Source: an uncultured Cytophagales bacterium
GTDB taxonomy: Bacteria; Bacteroidota; Bacteroidia; Cytophagales; Cyclobacteriaceae
NCBI GenBank assembly: GCA_942491425.1
Contig: CALOAV010000030.1
Span: forward strand, 50,934-114,933
Direction: 5' to 3'
Length of the DNA: 64,000 bases
Of the stretch, positions 10,503-21,117 are shown one piece after another; positions within the stretch are counted from its first letter, which is position 1; every line of letters begins with the position of its first letter. The translations under genes and the position numbers were made by a program. The notes beneath the pieces were generated by a model, which was given only the letters and a program-made list of their open reading frames with translations, was not told where the DNA came from and ran no database searches.

Positions 10503-10919
10503 TTAGAAAAATCTTTTTAACAGTTCGAGTACCTTCATTCCGTTTTCTTCCTGACCCGTTAAAATACTGTTAAAAATCTTTTTCTCTTCGGTAGAAATCT
10601 CTGTTTTAAAATCAACTTCGCTCCCTTGTATTTTGCGCAGCCCCATATGGAAACTAGGAAAAGAACGTTCCTGGATAGGGCCAAAGGCGATCATCATGGC
10701 ATTGCTATGACGGGTATCCTTTTTTATTTTGGCGTATAGCTCCGTAACCGCCTCCGATTCACCTTCAATCATCTGGATGAATTTTGCTTCAGAATATAAA
10801 AGCACCCCGGTAATTCCATGCGCCGGATTATTCTTTTTGCAGGAAACTAAAATCTTACCAACATCCTGATCGGTGCAGGTTTCCTTTCGATCACTTACAT
10901 AGATGAGTTGAGCAAGCAT
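10503..10919 (-). CDS. BLUF-domain blue-light sensor protein (paralog of 9983-10399, about 65% identity)
   Basis: 138 aa; same BLUF motifs (LIYVS, FIQMIEG, SFHMG); tandem with the other copy. Confidence 0.85.
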   Translation of the reverse strand: MLAQLIYVSDRKETCTDQDVGKILVSCKKNNPAHGITGVLLYSEAKFIQMIEGESEAVTELYAKIKKDTRHSNAMMIAFGPIQERSFPSFHMGLRKIQGSEVDFKTEISTEEKKIFNSILTGQEENGMKVLELLKRFF

Positions 10920-11066
10920 GTCTGGTGGATTTGGTTATCAGTTGGATAATCGTAACTGAATCTCTTCTAGACTCGAATAGTAATGTACGGAATTATTTGG
11001 ATTTTTTTAAAAAATCGATACAAAGACCTGACACCATACAAGACGGCACAGTAAGACCAATAAAAT

Positions 11067-12479
11067 TTAATGAATCCGAAGCTTCAGCTTCTTACTAAGA
11101 TCTTCAACCGAAGCCTTGAAATTCGCATCGGTCTTCATCATGTCTTCAACGGACTCCAATGCATGGATTACGGTGCTGTGATCACGGCCGCCAAAATTTT
11201 CGCCTATCAGGGCTAACGTAAGTTGCGTATACCGCTTGCAGAAATACATGGATACCTGACGGGGGATTACAATCTCGCGCTTCTTTACTTTACTCTTCAG
11301 CTGCTCCACGTTTACTTTAAAATATTCAGATACAGTTTTCTGAATAAAATCAACACTTACATCCGATTGTATTTCTTTAATAATATTTTTCAACACCTCT
11401 TTTGCCAACTCGAGGTCAATTTCCTTTTTCAGTAATGTAGCATGGAATATCAGTGAGTTCAAAACTCCTTCCATGTCACGCAGGTTGGTATCCACACTAT
11501 ACGCTAAATATTCTGCTACTTCCGTTGAAATCTCAATTCCATCCGCACCCATCTTGCGATAAATGATAGCAAGTTTGGTTTCAAAATCAGGTTCTTGCAA
11601 ATCGGCAGTCAGTCCCCACTTGAAGCGTGACAACAATCGATCTTGAAATCCTTTCATATCCCGCGGCGGACAATCACTGGTCATAATGATTTGTTTGCCT
11701 GATTGGTGAAGCTGATTGAATATATGGAAGAATATTTCCTGCGTTTTCTCCCGTCCGGCCAAAAACTGCACATCATCAAGAATTAGCAAATCGACCTGCA
11801 GGTAGAAATTCTGAAAATCCTGTAGCTTATGATTTTGCAACGCATTCAGGAACTGACTTGTGAAATCATTCTGATCCACATACAATACCACTTTATCTGC
11901 AAAATTATTTTTAATCTCATTTCCGATTGCCTGAACCAGGTGGGTTTTACCAACGCCTACACCTCCATACAGCATCAATGGATTAAAGGAAGTAATCCCG
12001 GGCTTTTTTGCTACGGCTACACCTGCCGAGCGTGCCAGCCGGTTACAATCACCCTCGATAAAATTATCAAATGAATAGCTTGCATTTAGCCTGCTATTGA
12101 CCGTTTTGGGGTTTAATGCCTTAAAGGTGAACGGAGAATAATCACTTCCGTTTCCCCCTGGGTTCGGACGACCATTTCCATTTCTAAAATTAACCGCAAC
12201 TGGTGGATTCTGCTGGTTACCGCTATCCACGATTACCGAATACTCTAATCGGCCTGTCGGACCTAATGTCTTACGAATCGCCTTTTTAAGAACAGGAACG
12301 TAGTTATCCTCCAGCCATTCATAGAAAAATTGGGATGGAACCTGTATCGTTAGAACATCTCCTTCAACCTTTAACGGTGAGATGGGCTTGAACCAGGTGT
12401 TAAAATCCTCATGACCAACCTCTTCTTGTATTAAGTCGAGACAATCATTCCATACAGTACCGGATTCTACTTCCATCAA
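11067..12479 (-). CDS. dnaA: Chromosomal replication initiator protein DnaA
   Basis: 470 aa; Walker A GGVGVGKTHL; AAA+ box; C-terminal DNA-binding domain with helix-turn-helix. Confidence 0.95.
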   Translation of the reverse strand: MMEVESGTVWNDCLDLIQEEVGHEDFNTWFKPISPLKVEGDVLTIQVPSQFFYEWLEDNYVPVLKKAIRKTLGPTGRLEYSVIVDSGNQQNPPVAVNFRNGNGRPNPGGNGSDYSPFTFKALNPKTVNSRLNASYSFDNFIEGDCNRLARSAGVAVAKKPGITSFNPLMLYGGVGVGKTHLVQAIGNEIKNNFADKVVLYVDQNDFTSQFLNALQNHKLQDFQNFYLQVDLLILDDVQFLAGREKTQEIFFHIFNQLHQSGKQIIMTSDCPPRDMKGFQDRLLSRFKWGLTADLQEPDFETKLAIIYRKMGADGIEISTEVAEYLAYSVDTNLRDMEGVLNSLIFHATLLKKEIDLELAKEVLKNIIKEIQSDVSVDFIQKTVSEYFKVNVEQLKSKVKKREIVIPRQVSMYFCKRYTQLTLALIGENFGGRDHSTVIHALESVEDMMKTDANFKASVEDLSKKLKLRIH

Positions 12480-12670
12480 AATTTATTCTACCGAATTTTT
12501 AATTATTTACTCCCAAATGGGAAAGGGGAGACAAAGATGTGAAAAAAGGTTTAAACAAAACAATAGTTCCACGACTTGACTTTTAAGAAAAATTTACTCC
12601 TCCTTAATTTTTAATTAATAACGCCTTCATTCGCAAAATCTACGTAAAATTGTTTGTAAATTTTTTTTTC

Positions 12671-13777
12671 ATGCCCGATCAGCCATCGATCAATAATCTG
12701 CTCAACGATTTTCAACCTGCTGATAAGGCAGCCTGGACTGCCCTTGCAAAAAAAGAACTCGGTGATCGCACATCCATCGAAAGCTTAACATGGATAGCTC
12801 CTGATGGTCTGCATGTTAAACCCTATTATGATAAAACTGATTTAAATCCTGAACTCACTGGAGGATTTCAATTATCACCTGATCAGGAGGAATTCAAGGG
12901 GCCGGGATCATGGGACAACCTCCCACCTGTTCGTATTGAGGATGAATCGGTCGCAAATAAAAATGCGTTGCAACATCTTACTGCCGGGGCAGATGGAATT
13001 CTCTTCGAGATCACAGAAAAAAATCCAATCAATATTAATAAGTTGTTGACTGGCATTGAGTTGGAATTTTGTAATATATCGTTCGCAACCCCTAAGGAAT
13101 TTTTCATAAACGATTATTTTGCATATTTAGAAGAGCAGGGCGTCAATAAGGAAAATATCAGAGGAGCATTCTTTTGGAATGAAGAACCCGCCATATTGAA
13201 ATCCCAACCATTTCAACATCTCCATACATATGGGTTCACTATAGAAGCTTCAACTGCAATTGAAGAGATTTACAAGGCATTATCACTGGGAAACGCGCAG
13301 ATTCAAAATTTACTGAAAGAGAAATGGGAAATCGACAAAGCCATTTCATCTATTTCCTTTTCACTGGAAATCAGTACAGATTTTTTTGTTTCAACCTCAA
13401 AACTCAGGACGCTTCGCTTTTTGTGGTTCCAATTGGCGCAGGCCTATGGATTTTCTGATTTCAAGCCCGAACATCTCTATCTTCATTCACGTTCTGAATC
13501 ATGGATCCATCCTGATTTTCAACCGCATGGCAATATGCTGAAGGAAACGACTGCTGCGATTGCTGCAGTGCTTGGCGGAACCAATGGGCTTTCTCTTCAC
13601 CCTGAGGACAAGGATCATGCAGTGATGACTCGAATTGCGCGCAATACAAGTCATATTCTTCGGGAAGAATCATACCTCAATAAAGTAGCTGACCCCCTGG
13701 CCGGTTCCTATCTTGTTGAAAATTTAACATTGGAAATGGCGGAGAAAGCCTGGGCAAAATTTCAAACAAATTTTTAA
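12671..13777 (+). CDS. mutA: Methylmalonyl-CoA mutase small (beta-like) subunit, short form lacking a B12-binding domain
   Basis: MCM-family N-terminal barrel signatures (W..L.w..PdGl.VkPyY); stop overlaps the ATG of the mutB reading frame (TAATG); ATG at 12671 preferred over the TTG at 12650. Confidence 0.7.
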   Translation: MPDQPSINNLLNDFQPADKAAWTALAKKELGDRTSIESLTWIAPDGLHVKPYYDKTDLNPELTGGFQLSPDQEEFKGPGSWDNLPPVRIEDESVANKNALQHLTAGADGILFEITEKNPININKLLTGIELEFCNISFATPKEFFINDYFAYLEEQGVNKENIRGAFFWNEEPAILKSQPFQHLHTYGFTIEASTAIEEIYKALSLGNAQIQNLLKEKWEIDKAISSISFSLEISTDFFVSTSKLRTLRFLWFQLAQAYGFSDFKPEHLYLHSRSESWIHPDFQPHGNMLKETTAAIAAVLGGTNGLSLHPEDKDHAVMTRIARNTSHILREESYLNKVADPLAGSYLVENLTLEMAEKAWAKFQTNF

Positions 13778-15898
13778 TGCAGCCCGATTTCAAAAATATT
13801 GCCTTCAATTCTTTTACGCACACAAACGAAAAACCTTTCCCTACCCTCCTGGAAAAGTCCGGAGGATATTGACATAAAACCAGTATATACCCGGCTGGAT
13901 ACGGACACGCTTACACATACCAACTTTACTGCGGGTATTCCGCCTTTCCTGCGAGGGCCATATGCATCCATGTACACATCACGTCCGTGGACAATTCGGC
14001 AGTATGCCGGATTTTCAACTGCACGCGATTCGAATGCATTTTATAGAAAGAATCTGGCCGCTGGTCAGCGCGGCCTTTCAGTGGCCTTTGACCTGGCTAC
14101 GCATCGCGGATATGACTCCGATCATCCACGTGTTACCGGTGACGTGGGTAAAGCAGGGGTTGCCATCGACTCGATTTTGGATATGAAGATTTTGTTCGAT
14201 CAGATTCCGCTCGACAAAATGTCGGTGTCGATGACGATGAACGGGGCAGTAATCCCCATCATGGCATTTTATATCGCTGCGGCTCAGGAACAAGGTATTA
14301 AACCCGAACAACTCAGCGGAACGATCCAAAATGATATTCTGAAGGAGTTTATGGTCCGTAATACGTACATCTACCCACCTGCTCCTTCGATGCGAATTGT
14401 GGCGGATATCTTTGAATACACCTCCCGCTATATGCCGAAGTTTAATTCGATTAGTATCAGCGGTTACCATATGCATGAGGCGGGTGCTCCCGCGCATATT
14501 GAACTGGCGTATACACTTGCAGATGGATTAGAATACATCCGGGCCGGGATAAAAGCAGGGATCAAAATTGACGATTTCGCCCCTCGACTCTCCTTTTTTT
14601 GGGGGATCGGAATGAATTTCTTTATGGAAATTGCCAAAATGCGTGCGGGAAGATTGCTGTGGGCTAAAATTGTAAAACAGTTTAGTCCAACAAATGAAAA
14701 GTCAATGGCACTCCGTACACATTGCCAGACTTCCGGCTGGAGCCTGACTGAACAAGACCCCTACAACAATGTAACCCGCACCATGATTGAAGCGATGGCG
14801 GCAGTTTTGGGACATACACAATCCCTGCATACCAATTCACTGGATGAGGCCATTGCATTGCCAACCGACTTCTCAGCAGGTATTGCCCGAAACACGCAGT
14901 TATTTATAGAAAAAGAAACCGGTGTTACCCGTTCGGTCGATCCCATGGGCGGCTCCTATTATGTTGAGTCCCTCACTGCGGCAATCACGGAGAAAGCCTG
15001 GACATTGATCCAGGAGGTAGAGGAACTGGGTGGAATGACAAAAGCCATTGAATCCGGTATTCCTAAAATGCGTATTGAGCAGGCAGCAGTTGCCAAGCAG
15101 GCCCGCATAGATTCAGCCCGTGATGTAATTGTTGGGGTCAACAAATATCAGGTCGATGATGTTCCTGAATTTGAGATCCGGGAAGTGGAAAATACTGCGG
15201 TTCGCGAAGAACAAATTCAGCGATTAGCCGAACTAAAAGCCAATCGATCTTCTGAAGATGTGAAGATTGCACTTGAAAGACTTACGCACTGCGCATCTTC
15301 GGGCGTAGGCAACCTTCTTGAGCTTGCGGTCAATGCGGCATTAAAGCGTGCAACGTTAGGGGAGATTTCGCTGGCTTTGGAAAAAGCATTTGGCCGTTAC
15401 AAAGCCACCATAAAATCAATTTCAGGTGTATATTCGGGGGAGATGAAAAATCAATCAGCCTTTCAGGAAGTTTTAAAACTTTCAGATCAGTTTGCAAAAC
15501 AGGAAGGTCGGAGACCCCGTATCCTGGTAGCCAAAATGGGACAGGATGGTCATGATCGCGGTGCAAAAGTTATTGCCACCAGTTTTGCTGATCTTGGATT
15601 TGATGTGGATATCGGACCACTTTTTCAAACGCCAGCGGAAGTGGCGATGCAGGCAGCAGAGAATGATGTTCATATTGTTGGGGCTTCCAGTTTGGCTGGT
15701 GGGCACAAAACGTTGGTTCCGGAATTAATAACTGAATTAAAAAAAATTGGCCGATCAGACATTTTAGTAGTAGCAGGAGGGGTTATTCCTGTTCAGGACT
15801 ATGAATTCCTGACACAAGCAGGGGTATCCTTTATTTTCGGTCCAGGCACCATCATTTCTGATGCCGCCAGGAATATCCTTCAAAAACTGTTAGGTTAA
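13777..15898 (+). CDS. mutB: Methylmalonyl-CoA mutase large subunit (B12-dependent), with an apparent +1 frameshift in the first about 25 codons
   Basis: Near-complete match to characterised MutB/ScpA from [14 protein letters not shown] through the C-terminal B12-binding domain ([11 protein letters not shown]). The ATG at 13777 encodes a typical MutB N-terminus ([10 protein letters not shown]...), but the conserved body is in the other frame, starting near 13799. Confidence 0.9.
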
Positions 15899-15966
15899 CA
15901 CCACAATGTCCTTTAATCTATTTTGAATTACTTAAATTAGTAGTTCAAATAAAAAACTCCCTTACT

Positions 15967-18900
15967 ATGAAAGCGCTTCGGTATCTATTTCCTAGTATCC
16001 TGATATTCCTTCTATGTTTTAGTCCGCAACTATTAGCTCAGAAAAAGCTTAAAAAATTTCTGGGTAAATCCGATGGCTACTACAATGCTGGTGATTTTAC
16101 CAAGTCTGATAAATTCCTTATCAAGTATAAAGGTCAGATAACACCCAAGCTAGGTGCAAAAAATGTGTATCTCGCAACTTACTATTTACGCGACGCGCGA
16201 TTAAAATTAGCATTAGGAACGCTGGATGGATTTGAGCCCAGCATAAACAGTGCGCTGGAAACCAGTAAAGAAAGCAGTGGAGAAAACTCAAGTGCTTACA
16301 TCAATACATTACTGGAGGTCGCAGCACTATACAATCAATATGGGAATTACCGGTTGGCAGCCCATTATTCGGGTCAGGCCGAATCACTTGTCGAAAAGGC
16401 TCCCGATGTAACGGATAATGACAAAGCAAAACTTGGACTGGTGAAGGCGGAAGCTTTGATTGGTCAGGGGTACTCAAAGGATGCATTGGAATTACTGGCC
16501 AATCAGGAGAAATTTTTATTCGGACGGGCAGTTGAAAAAGAGTCGTTGGTGGAGGATGGAAAGATTAAAACCAACAGGCTTGAGCCTGCAGAAGTGTATC
16601 AGCGTTACAGCGACTACGCAAATTTTTTAACGCTCAAAGGATTGGCATACGCTAAAATGGGGAAGATCTCAACAATAGGAGGCGATGAAGATGCTTTCGG
16701 TATTTTTGACTTTGCGCTTAACTGGATGGGAAGAAATTCCAAATTTTTAGGAGAAACCAGCACCGCTGAAGTAAACTGCCGATTCCTATACGCGCGAACT
16801 TTCGTTGATAATGGAAACAAAGGGAGAGAAAAATCATTGGAGTTTGATAATATACTGAATGGATTAAAGAAGAAAACAAATCCGACAAACTTCCTGGCTC
16901 ACGAAATTTACTTAAGCTATCTAAAAGAACTCCTTGAAAGTGAGAGCCGGGCGCGTTATCAAAATACCAAACTGGAGTATCAAAAAATTCTGAATAAGTA
17001 TTTCCCTAAAAATAGTGTCCATCATATTAATATGGAGGCGGTTGAATTTGATAGTAAGCTCAACCGTGATAAAACAAAAAATCTGGAAAAAAACGCGCTC
17101 AGTGTTTTAAACTCGAAGTCATTACCTAAAAATTATCAAACATCCATTCGCATTTTAAATTTTCTGGAACAAATGTCATTGCAGGAAAAGGATTACCAGA
17201 GTGTGGAAAATTATTTGACACAAAAAAATGATGTCATTAAAGAATTGACTGGTGAAGGATCTCCGGAACATCAGTTGGCCATGATCCAATTGGCGAATTA
17301 CTATCTGGACTTTACTAATAAAATTGCGGAAGCCGGTGTCATCTATCAAAAAAATTGGTACGAAGGTGTTTCAAAAGAAATCGGTGATCAACATAAAGAT
17401 TTACTCGAGAATCTGAATCATCTTGCGACCTGGGCGGAAATGACCGACAACTATAGCGAAGCGGTTTCCTTACTTGAGTTTGCTTCACGGGCAGCCGGTG
17501 TAAAGTATAGTCGTGAAGATCCGTTATATGCTGAGGAGCTTACTAAAATTGCCAATCTTCAACTAAAGATTGGAAAATATGAAGATGCTGATTCGAATTT
17601 AAAAGCAGCATTAACCATTCTTGAACCTGAAAGAAAAAAAGATGAGTGGATAGGTGCATATGTAGCAGCCATTGATACCCAGGCTAAATTATTTGGTATT
17701 TATGGGATGATTGATGAGGTGGATGCCAACCTGAAACGTAGCAATAAAAACATTAGAAAAGCAAAAGTGGAAGTGAGTGGTGAACAAGCTACCACCGAAG
17801 AACTTGCAGGATTATTTATTCAGTTAGGTCGTTTTACAGATACCGATAAACTTCTAAACAGCCTAATGGTCGATTACGAAAAGTTGTATGGGAAAAATTC
17901 TACCCGGCTCATTGAACCACTGGTGAACAAAGGTAGGATTGCCCTTGCACGGGGTGAGTATACTGAAGCAGAAAACATTGCTCAGCGCGCTAACAAAATT
18001 GCAGTTGGTGCTTATGGTGAGATCTCAACTAAAACAGCGTCTGTCCAAAAACTTTTTAGTGATATTTATTTCACATTGGGCGATTACGATAAAGCGGAGA
18101 CCAACATCACCAAAGCTTTAAGCAGTCAGGAGAAACAATTCGGCCGTGAACATATCGAAGTGGCGCGATCCATCTCACAACTCGCCCTCACAAAATTTCA
18201 TAAAGGCAGCAGGAAAAATGAAGTAGAAAAACTTCTGTTAGAAGCGAAAGATATTACCGCTAAAAAAGTGGGGCCCGACAATCCGCTGTATGCTGATATC
18301 ATGAAAAATATTGCCGTGTTGTATATTTCTACAAAGGACTACGACAAAGCATTTAATTCGTTAACTGTTGCGGAGTCCATCTGGCGCAAGAAAACTGGAG
18401 ACAAAAACAATATCAATGCAGCCAGTATTTACTCCCTGACAGGGGATGTCTATTATCAGCAAAAAAATTATGCTCAGGCCGAATCCTTCTACAACCAGGC
18501 ACGAAATTTATACGCCAGGGAATTCAGTAAATCCCATCCCGAATATGTAAAGATCCTTTCTAAACTTAGTCGGGTAGAATATATGAAGAAGAATTACAAG
18601 CAATCAAAACAATTGATTGAAGAAGCCCTCGGCAACTACGAGAATTTTATTAAAATTTATTTCCCTGCATTAAGTGAAAGAGAAAAAGCAAAGTATTGGA
18701 ATACGATTCGCACTGACTTCGAATTTTATTACACCCTTGCATTTTCAAATATGGAGGATTTCAAAGACCTCACCAGCAAAGTGTATGATTATCAATTGCT
18801 GACAAAAGCACTCCTGCTTAGTTCCTCAATAAAAATCAGGGAACGGATTATGAACAGTTCAGACGAAACTTTAAAAGAGCAATACAGTAATTGGGTTGAG

Positions 18901-20211
18901 AAAAAGGAGATGCTGACCCTTGCTTTATCATTAAGTCCTGATCAATTAATAGAAAATGAAATTGACCCGGTTGCCTTGAGTCAGGATGTTGAACGTCTTG
19001 AAAAGGATTTAAGTCAGAAGTCTGAAATTTTCGGTCAAAGTTTTGAGGCTTCCAGGATATCCTATGATAACGTCCGAAAGTCCTTAAAGGATAATGAGGT
19101 TGCTATTGAGATGGTCCGGTACCGTCACTTTAATCATGTGTTTACCGACTCCGTGGTTTATGCGGCGATGTATCTGAAGAAAGATCTTTCCAAACCGAAA
19201 ACGATTCTGCTTCAGGATGGCGCTCGTATGGAAACACGCTTCTTCCGATATTACAAAAATGCGATCACCGGTAAAATCCCTGACAACATTTCATATAATG
19301 TCTTCTGGGCACCCATTCAAAAAGAGATCGGACAAACTTCTACGATCTTTTTATCAGCCGATGGCGTGTATAACCAAATCAATCTGGAAGCAATTCCCAC
19401 ACCGGATGGAAAATACATCATCGACAACTCGAATATAGTGTTGGTCAGCAATACCAAAGATTTATATTTGAACAAACTCAAGAGTAATCGTAAAGCAGAA
19501 GGCAATACCGCTTTTATGTTTGGTAACCCCACCTTTTATGCGTCTGCGTCGACCGACCACTCCATTCCTTCCCTACCCGGAACCGAGAAAGAAGTGAACC
19601 AACTTCAATTTATGCTTGAGCAAAAAGGCTGGATTACCAGTCAGTATGTCGAAAAATCAGCAACCGAAGAACAAGTAAAGGATTTGAACAGTCCTAAGAT
19701 ATTTCACATTGCTACCCATGGTTTTTATAGACCGGGCAAAGAAATCACCCTCGAAGACGAAATGGAAGGCAATGAAACTGCACTTACTCAAAATCCGCTG
19801 ATGCGTACCGGCCTCTTGTTAAAAGGAGCTGGTGATTTGCTCGATAAGACCCAATACAACTACAATATTGAAAACGGGATCCTTACTGCCTACGAGGCGA
19901 TGAGTTTAAATCTTGATAAAACCGACCTGGTTGTACTAAGTGCGTGCGAAACGGGGCTTGGTGAATTAGAGTCCGGAGAAGGAGTCTACGGCTTACAGCG
20001 GGCATTCCTCGTGGCAGGTGCGAAAATGCTGATCATGAGTATGTTTAAAGTAGATGATGAAGCTACCCAAAAACTGATGCTGAAATTTTATCAAAAATGG
20101 CTCAACAGTGGCAATATGCGGCAAAGCTTTACGGATGCTAAAATCGAGTTGCGTATTGAGTATCCTGAACCCATTTACTGGGGTGCCTTTATGATGATCG
20201 GGCTGGAATAA
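15967..20211 (+). CDS. TPR-repeat protein with C-terminal CHAT (caspase-like) domain, secreted
   Basis: 1414 aa; signal peptide MKALRYLFPSILIFLLCFSPQLLAQ; long TPR-like helical repeats; C-terminal CHAT His/Cys dyad motifs HIATHGFY and VLSACETG. Confidence 0.85.
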   Translation: MKALRYLFPSILIFLLCFSPQLLAQKKLKKFLGKSDGYYNAGDFTKSDKFLIKYKGQITPKLGAKNVYLATYYLRDARLKLALGTLDGFEPSINSALETSKESSGENSSAYINTLLEVAALYNQYGNYRLAAHYSGQAESLVEKAPDVTDNDKAKLGLVKAEALIGQGYSKDALELLANQEKFLFGRAVEKESLVEDGKIKTNRLEPAEVYQRYSDYANFLTLKGLAYAKMGKISTIGGDEDAFGIFDFALNWMGRNSKFLGETSTAEVNCRFLYARTFVDNGNKGREKSLEFDNILNGLKKKTNPTNFLAHEIYLSYLKELLESESRARYQNTKLEYQKILNKYFPKNSVHHINMEAVEFDSKLNRDKTKNLEKNALSVLNSKSLPKNYQTSIRILNFLEQMSLQEKDYQSVENYLTQKNDVIKELTGEGSPEHQLAMIQLANYYLDFTNKIAEAGVIYQKNWYEGVSKEIGDQHKDLLENLNHLATWAEMTDNYSEAVSLLEFASRAAGVKYSREDPLYAEELTKIANLQLKIGKYEDADSNLKAALTILEPERKKDEWIGAYVAAIDTQAKLFGIYGMIDEVDANLKRSNKNIRKAKVEVSGEQATTEELAGLFIQLGRFTDTDKLLNSLMVDYEKLYGKNSTRLIEPLVNKGRIALARGEYTEAENIAQRANKIAVGAYGEISTKTASVQKLFSDIYFTLGDYDKAETNITKALSSQEKQFGREHIEVARSISQLALTKFHKGSRKNEVEKLLLEAKDITAKKVGPDNPLYADIMKNIAVLYISTKDYDKAFNSLTVAESIWRKKTGDKNNINAASIYSLTGDVYYQQKNYAQAESFYNQARNLYAREFSKSHPEYVKILSKLSRVEYMKKNYKQSKQLIEEALGNYENFIKIYFPALSEREKAKYWNTIRTDFEFYYTLAFSNMEDFKDLTSKVYDYQLLTKALLLSSSIKIRERIMNSSDETLKEQYSNWVEKKEMLTLALSLSPDQLIENEIDPVALSQDVERLEKDLSQKSEIFGQSFEASRISYDNVRKSLKDNEVAIEMVRYRHFNHVFTDSVVYAAMYLKKDLSKPKTILLQDGARMETRFFRYYKNAITGKIPDNISYNVFWAPIQKEIGQTSTIFLSADGVYNQINLEAIPTPDGKYIIDNSNIVLVSNTKDLYLNKLKSNRKAEGNTAFMFGNPTFYASASTDHSIPSLPGTEKEVNQLQFMLEQKGWITSQYVEKSATEEQVKDLNSPKIFHIATHGFYRPGKEITLEDEMEGNETALTQNPLMRTGLLLKGAGDLLDKTQYNYNIENGILTAYEAMSLNLDKTDLVVLSACETGLGELESGEGVYGLQRAFLVAGAKMLIMSMFKVDDEATQKLMLKFYQKWLNSGNMRQSFTDAKIELRIEYPEPIYWGAFMMIGLE

Positions 20212-20212
20212 G

Positions 20213-21082
20213 TTGAGCTGGCGGAATTCGAAAAGTATTTCTTTGCTGATATGCCTGCTGGCTTATTCGATAGCAGCTGGGATCGTATATTTCACAGTCC
20301 CCTATTTTTCTACCGATGATACGCTACTGATATCACTGGAGGCTGATGTTTTCGCAACCGTCGTTATTTTTCTATTCAGTTTGGCCTTTAGAAATTCAAG
20401 CCTGTACGATCCCTACTGGAGTGTCATCCCTCCTATCCTGATTTATTTTTGGATGGTACAATCACAAAATTTTACCCTCTTGAGCACCTTGCTGTTGATG
20501 GTAGTGATGCTCTGGAGTATCAGGCTTACCTTCAACTGGATTCGCGGTTGGAAAGGGATTACTCATGAAGACTGGCGGTATACTCAGCTTCGGAACGATA
20601 ACCCAAGAATATATCCATTGATTAATTTTTCAGGAATTCATCTTTTTCCAACCGTCATCGTTTTTATTGCTTTGCTCCCCTTCTATTTTTCGATCCTAAA
20701 AACCTCTTCCTTCACATTCCTTCATGTTGCCGGATTAGTCGTTTCATTCATCGGATTTTTGATTCAACTGGTTGCGGACGAACAACTTTATGCATGGCGC
20801 AGAAAAGAACAAACACATTCATGCCTGAACACAGGCCTTTGGAAATTCAGCAGGCATCCGAACTATCTTGGTGAAATCGTTTTCTGGTGGGGAGGGTGGT
20901 TTGTGGCCATGGGAACGGATGTCCATTTATACTGGACTGCCATCGGCCCGCTTCTCCTCACTGGTATGTTTGTTTTTATCAGTATTCCGATGATCGAAAA
21001 GCGGCATCTGGAAAGACGTCCCTGCTATCAGGAAATACTTCGGCAAGTTCCAATGCTCATTGGACGAAAATCGAAACAATAA
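20213..21082 (+). CDS. DUF1295-family membrane protein (steroid 5-alpha-reductase / ICMT-like fold)
   Basis: Multi-TM; C-terminal FSRHPNYLGEIVFWWG motif typical of DUF1295/ICMT-like proteins; TTG start as given by the ORF track. Confidence 0.65.
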   Translation: MSWRNSKSISLLICLLAYSIAAGIVYFTVPYFSTDDTLLISLEADVFATVVIFLFSLAFRNSSLYDPYWSVIPPILIYFWMVQSQNFTLLSTLLLMVVMLWSIRLTFNWIRGWKGITHEDWRYTQLRNDNPRIYPLINFSGIHLFPTVIVFIALLPFYFSILKTSSFTFLHVAGLVVSFIGFLIQLVADEQLYAWRRKEQTHSCLNTGLWKFSRHPNYLGEIVFWWGGWFVAMGTDVHLYWTAIGPLLLTGMFVFISIPMIEKRHLERRPCYQEILRQVPMLIGRKSKQ

Positions 21083-21113
21083 AAAAGGTTGCCTTTCAAC
21101 AACCTTTTTTATT
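21083..21113 (+). terminator. Rho-independent terminator (7-bp stem aaggttg/caacctt plus T-run)
   Basis: aaaaaggttgcctttcaacaaccttttttatt immediately after the stop at 21082; the A-run upstream makes it potentially bidirectional. Confidence 0.6.
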
Positions 21114-21117
21114 GTAT

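Noticed and set aside
10920-12650. oriC with DnaA boxes flanking dnaA
   Set aside because: I scanned both intergenic regions by eye for TTATCCACA/TGTGGATAA and found only weak partial matches (for example ttggataat). I cannot support an origin call from sequence alone.
15967-20211. TPR-CHAT as part of a type III-E CRISPR (Craspase) locus
   Set aside because: No Cas7-11, Csx30/31 or CRISPR array is present anywhere in the window. The neighbours are metabolic genes. It is treated as an orphan TPR-CHAT.
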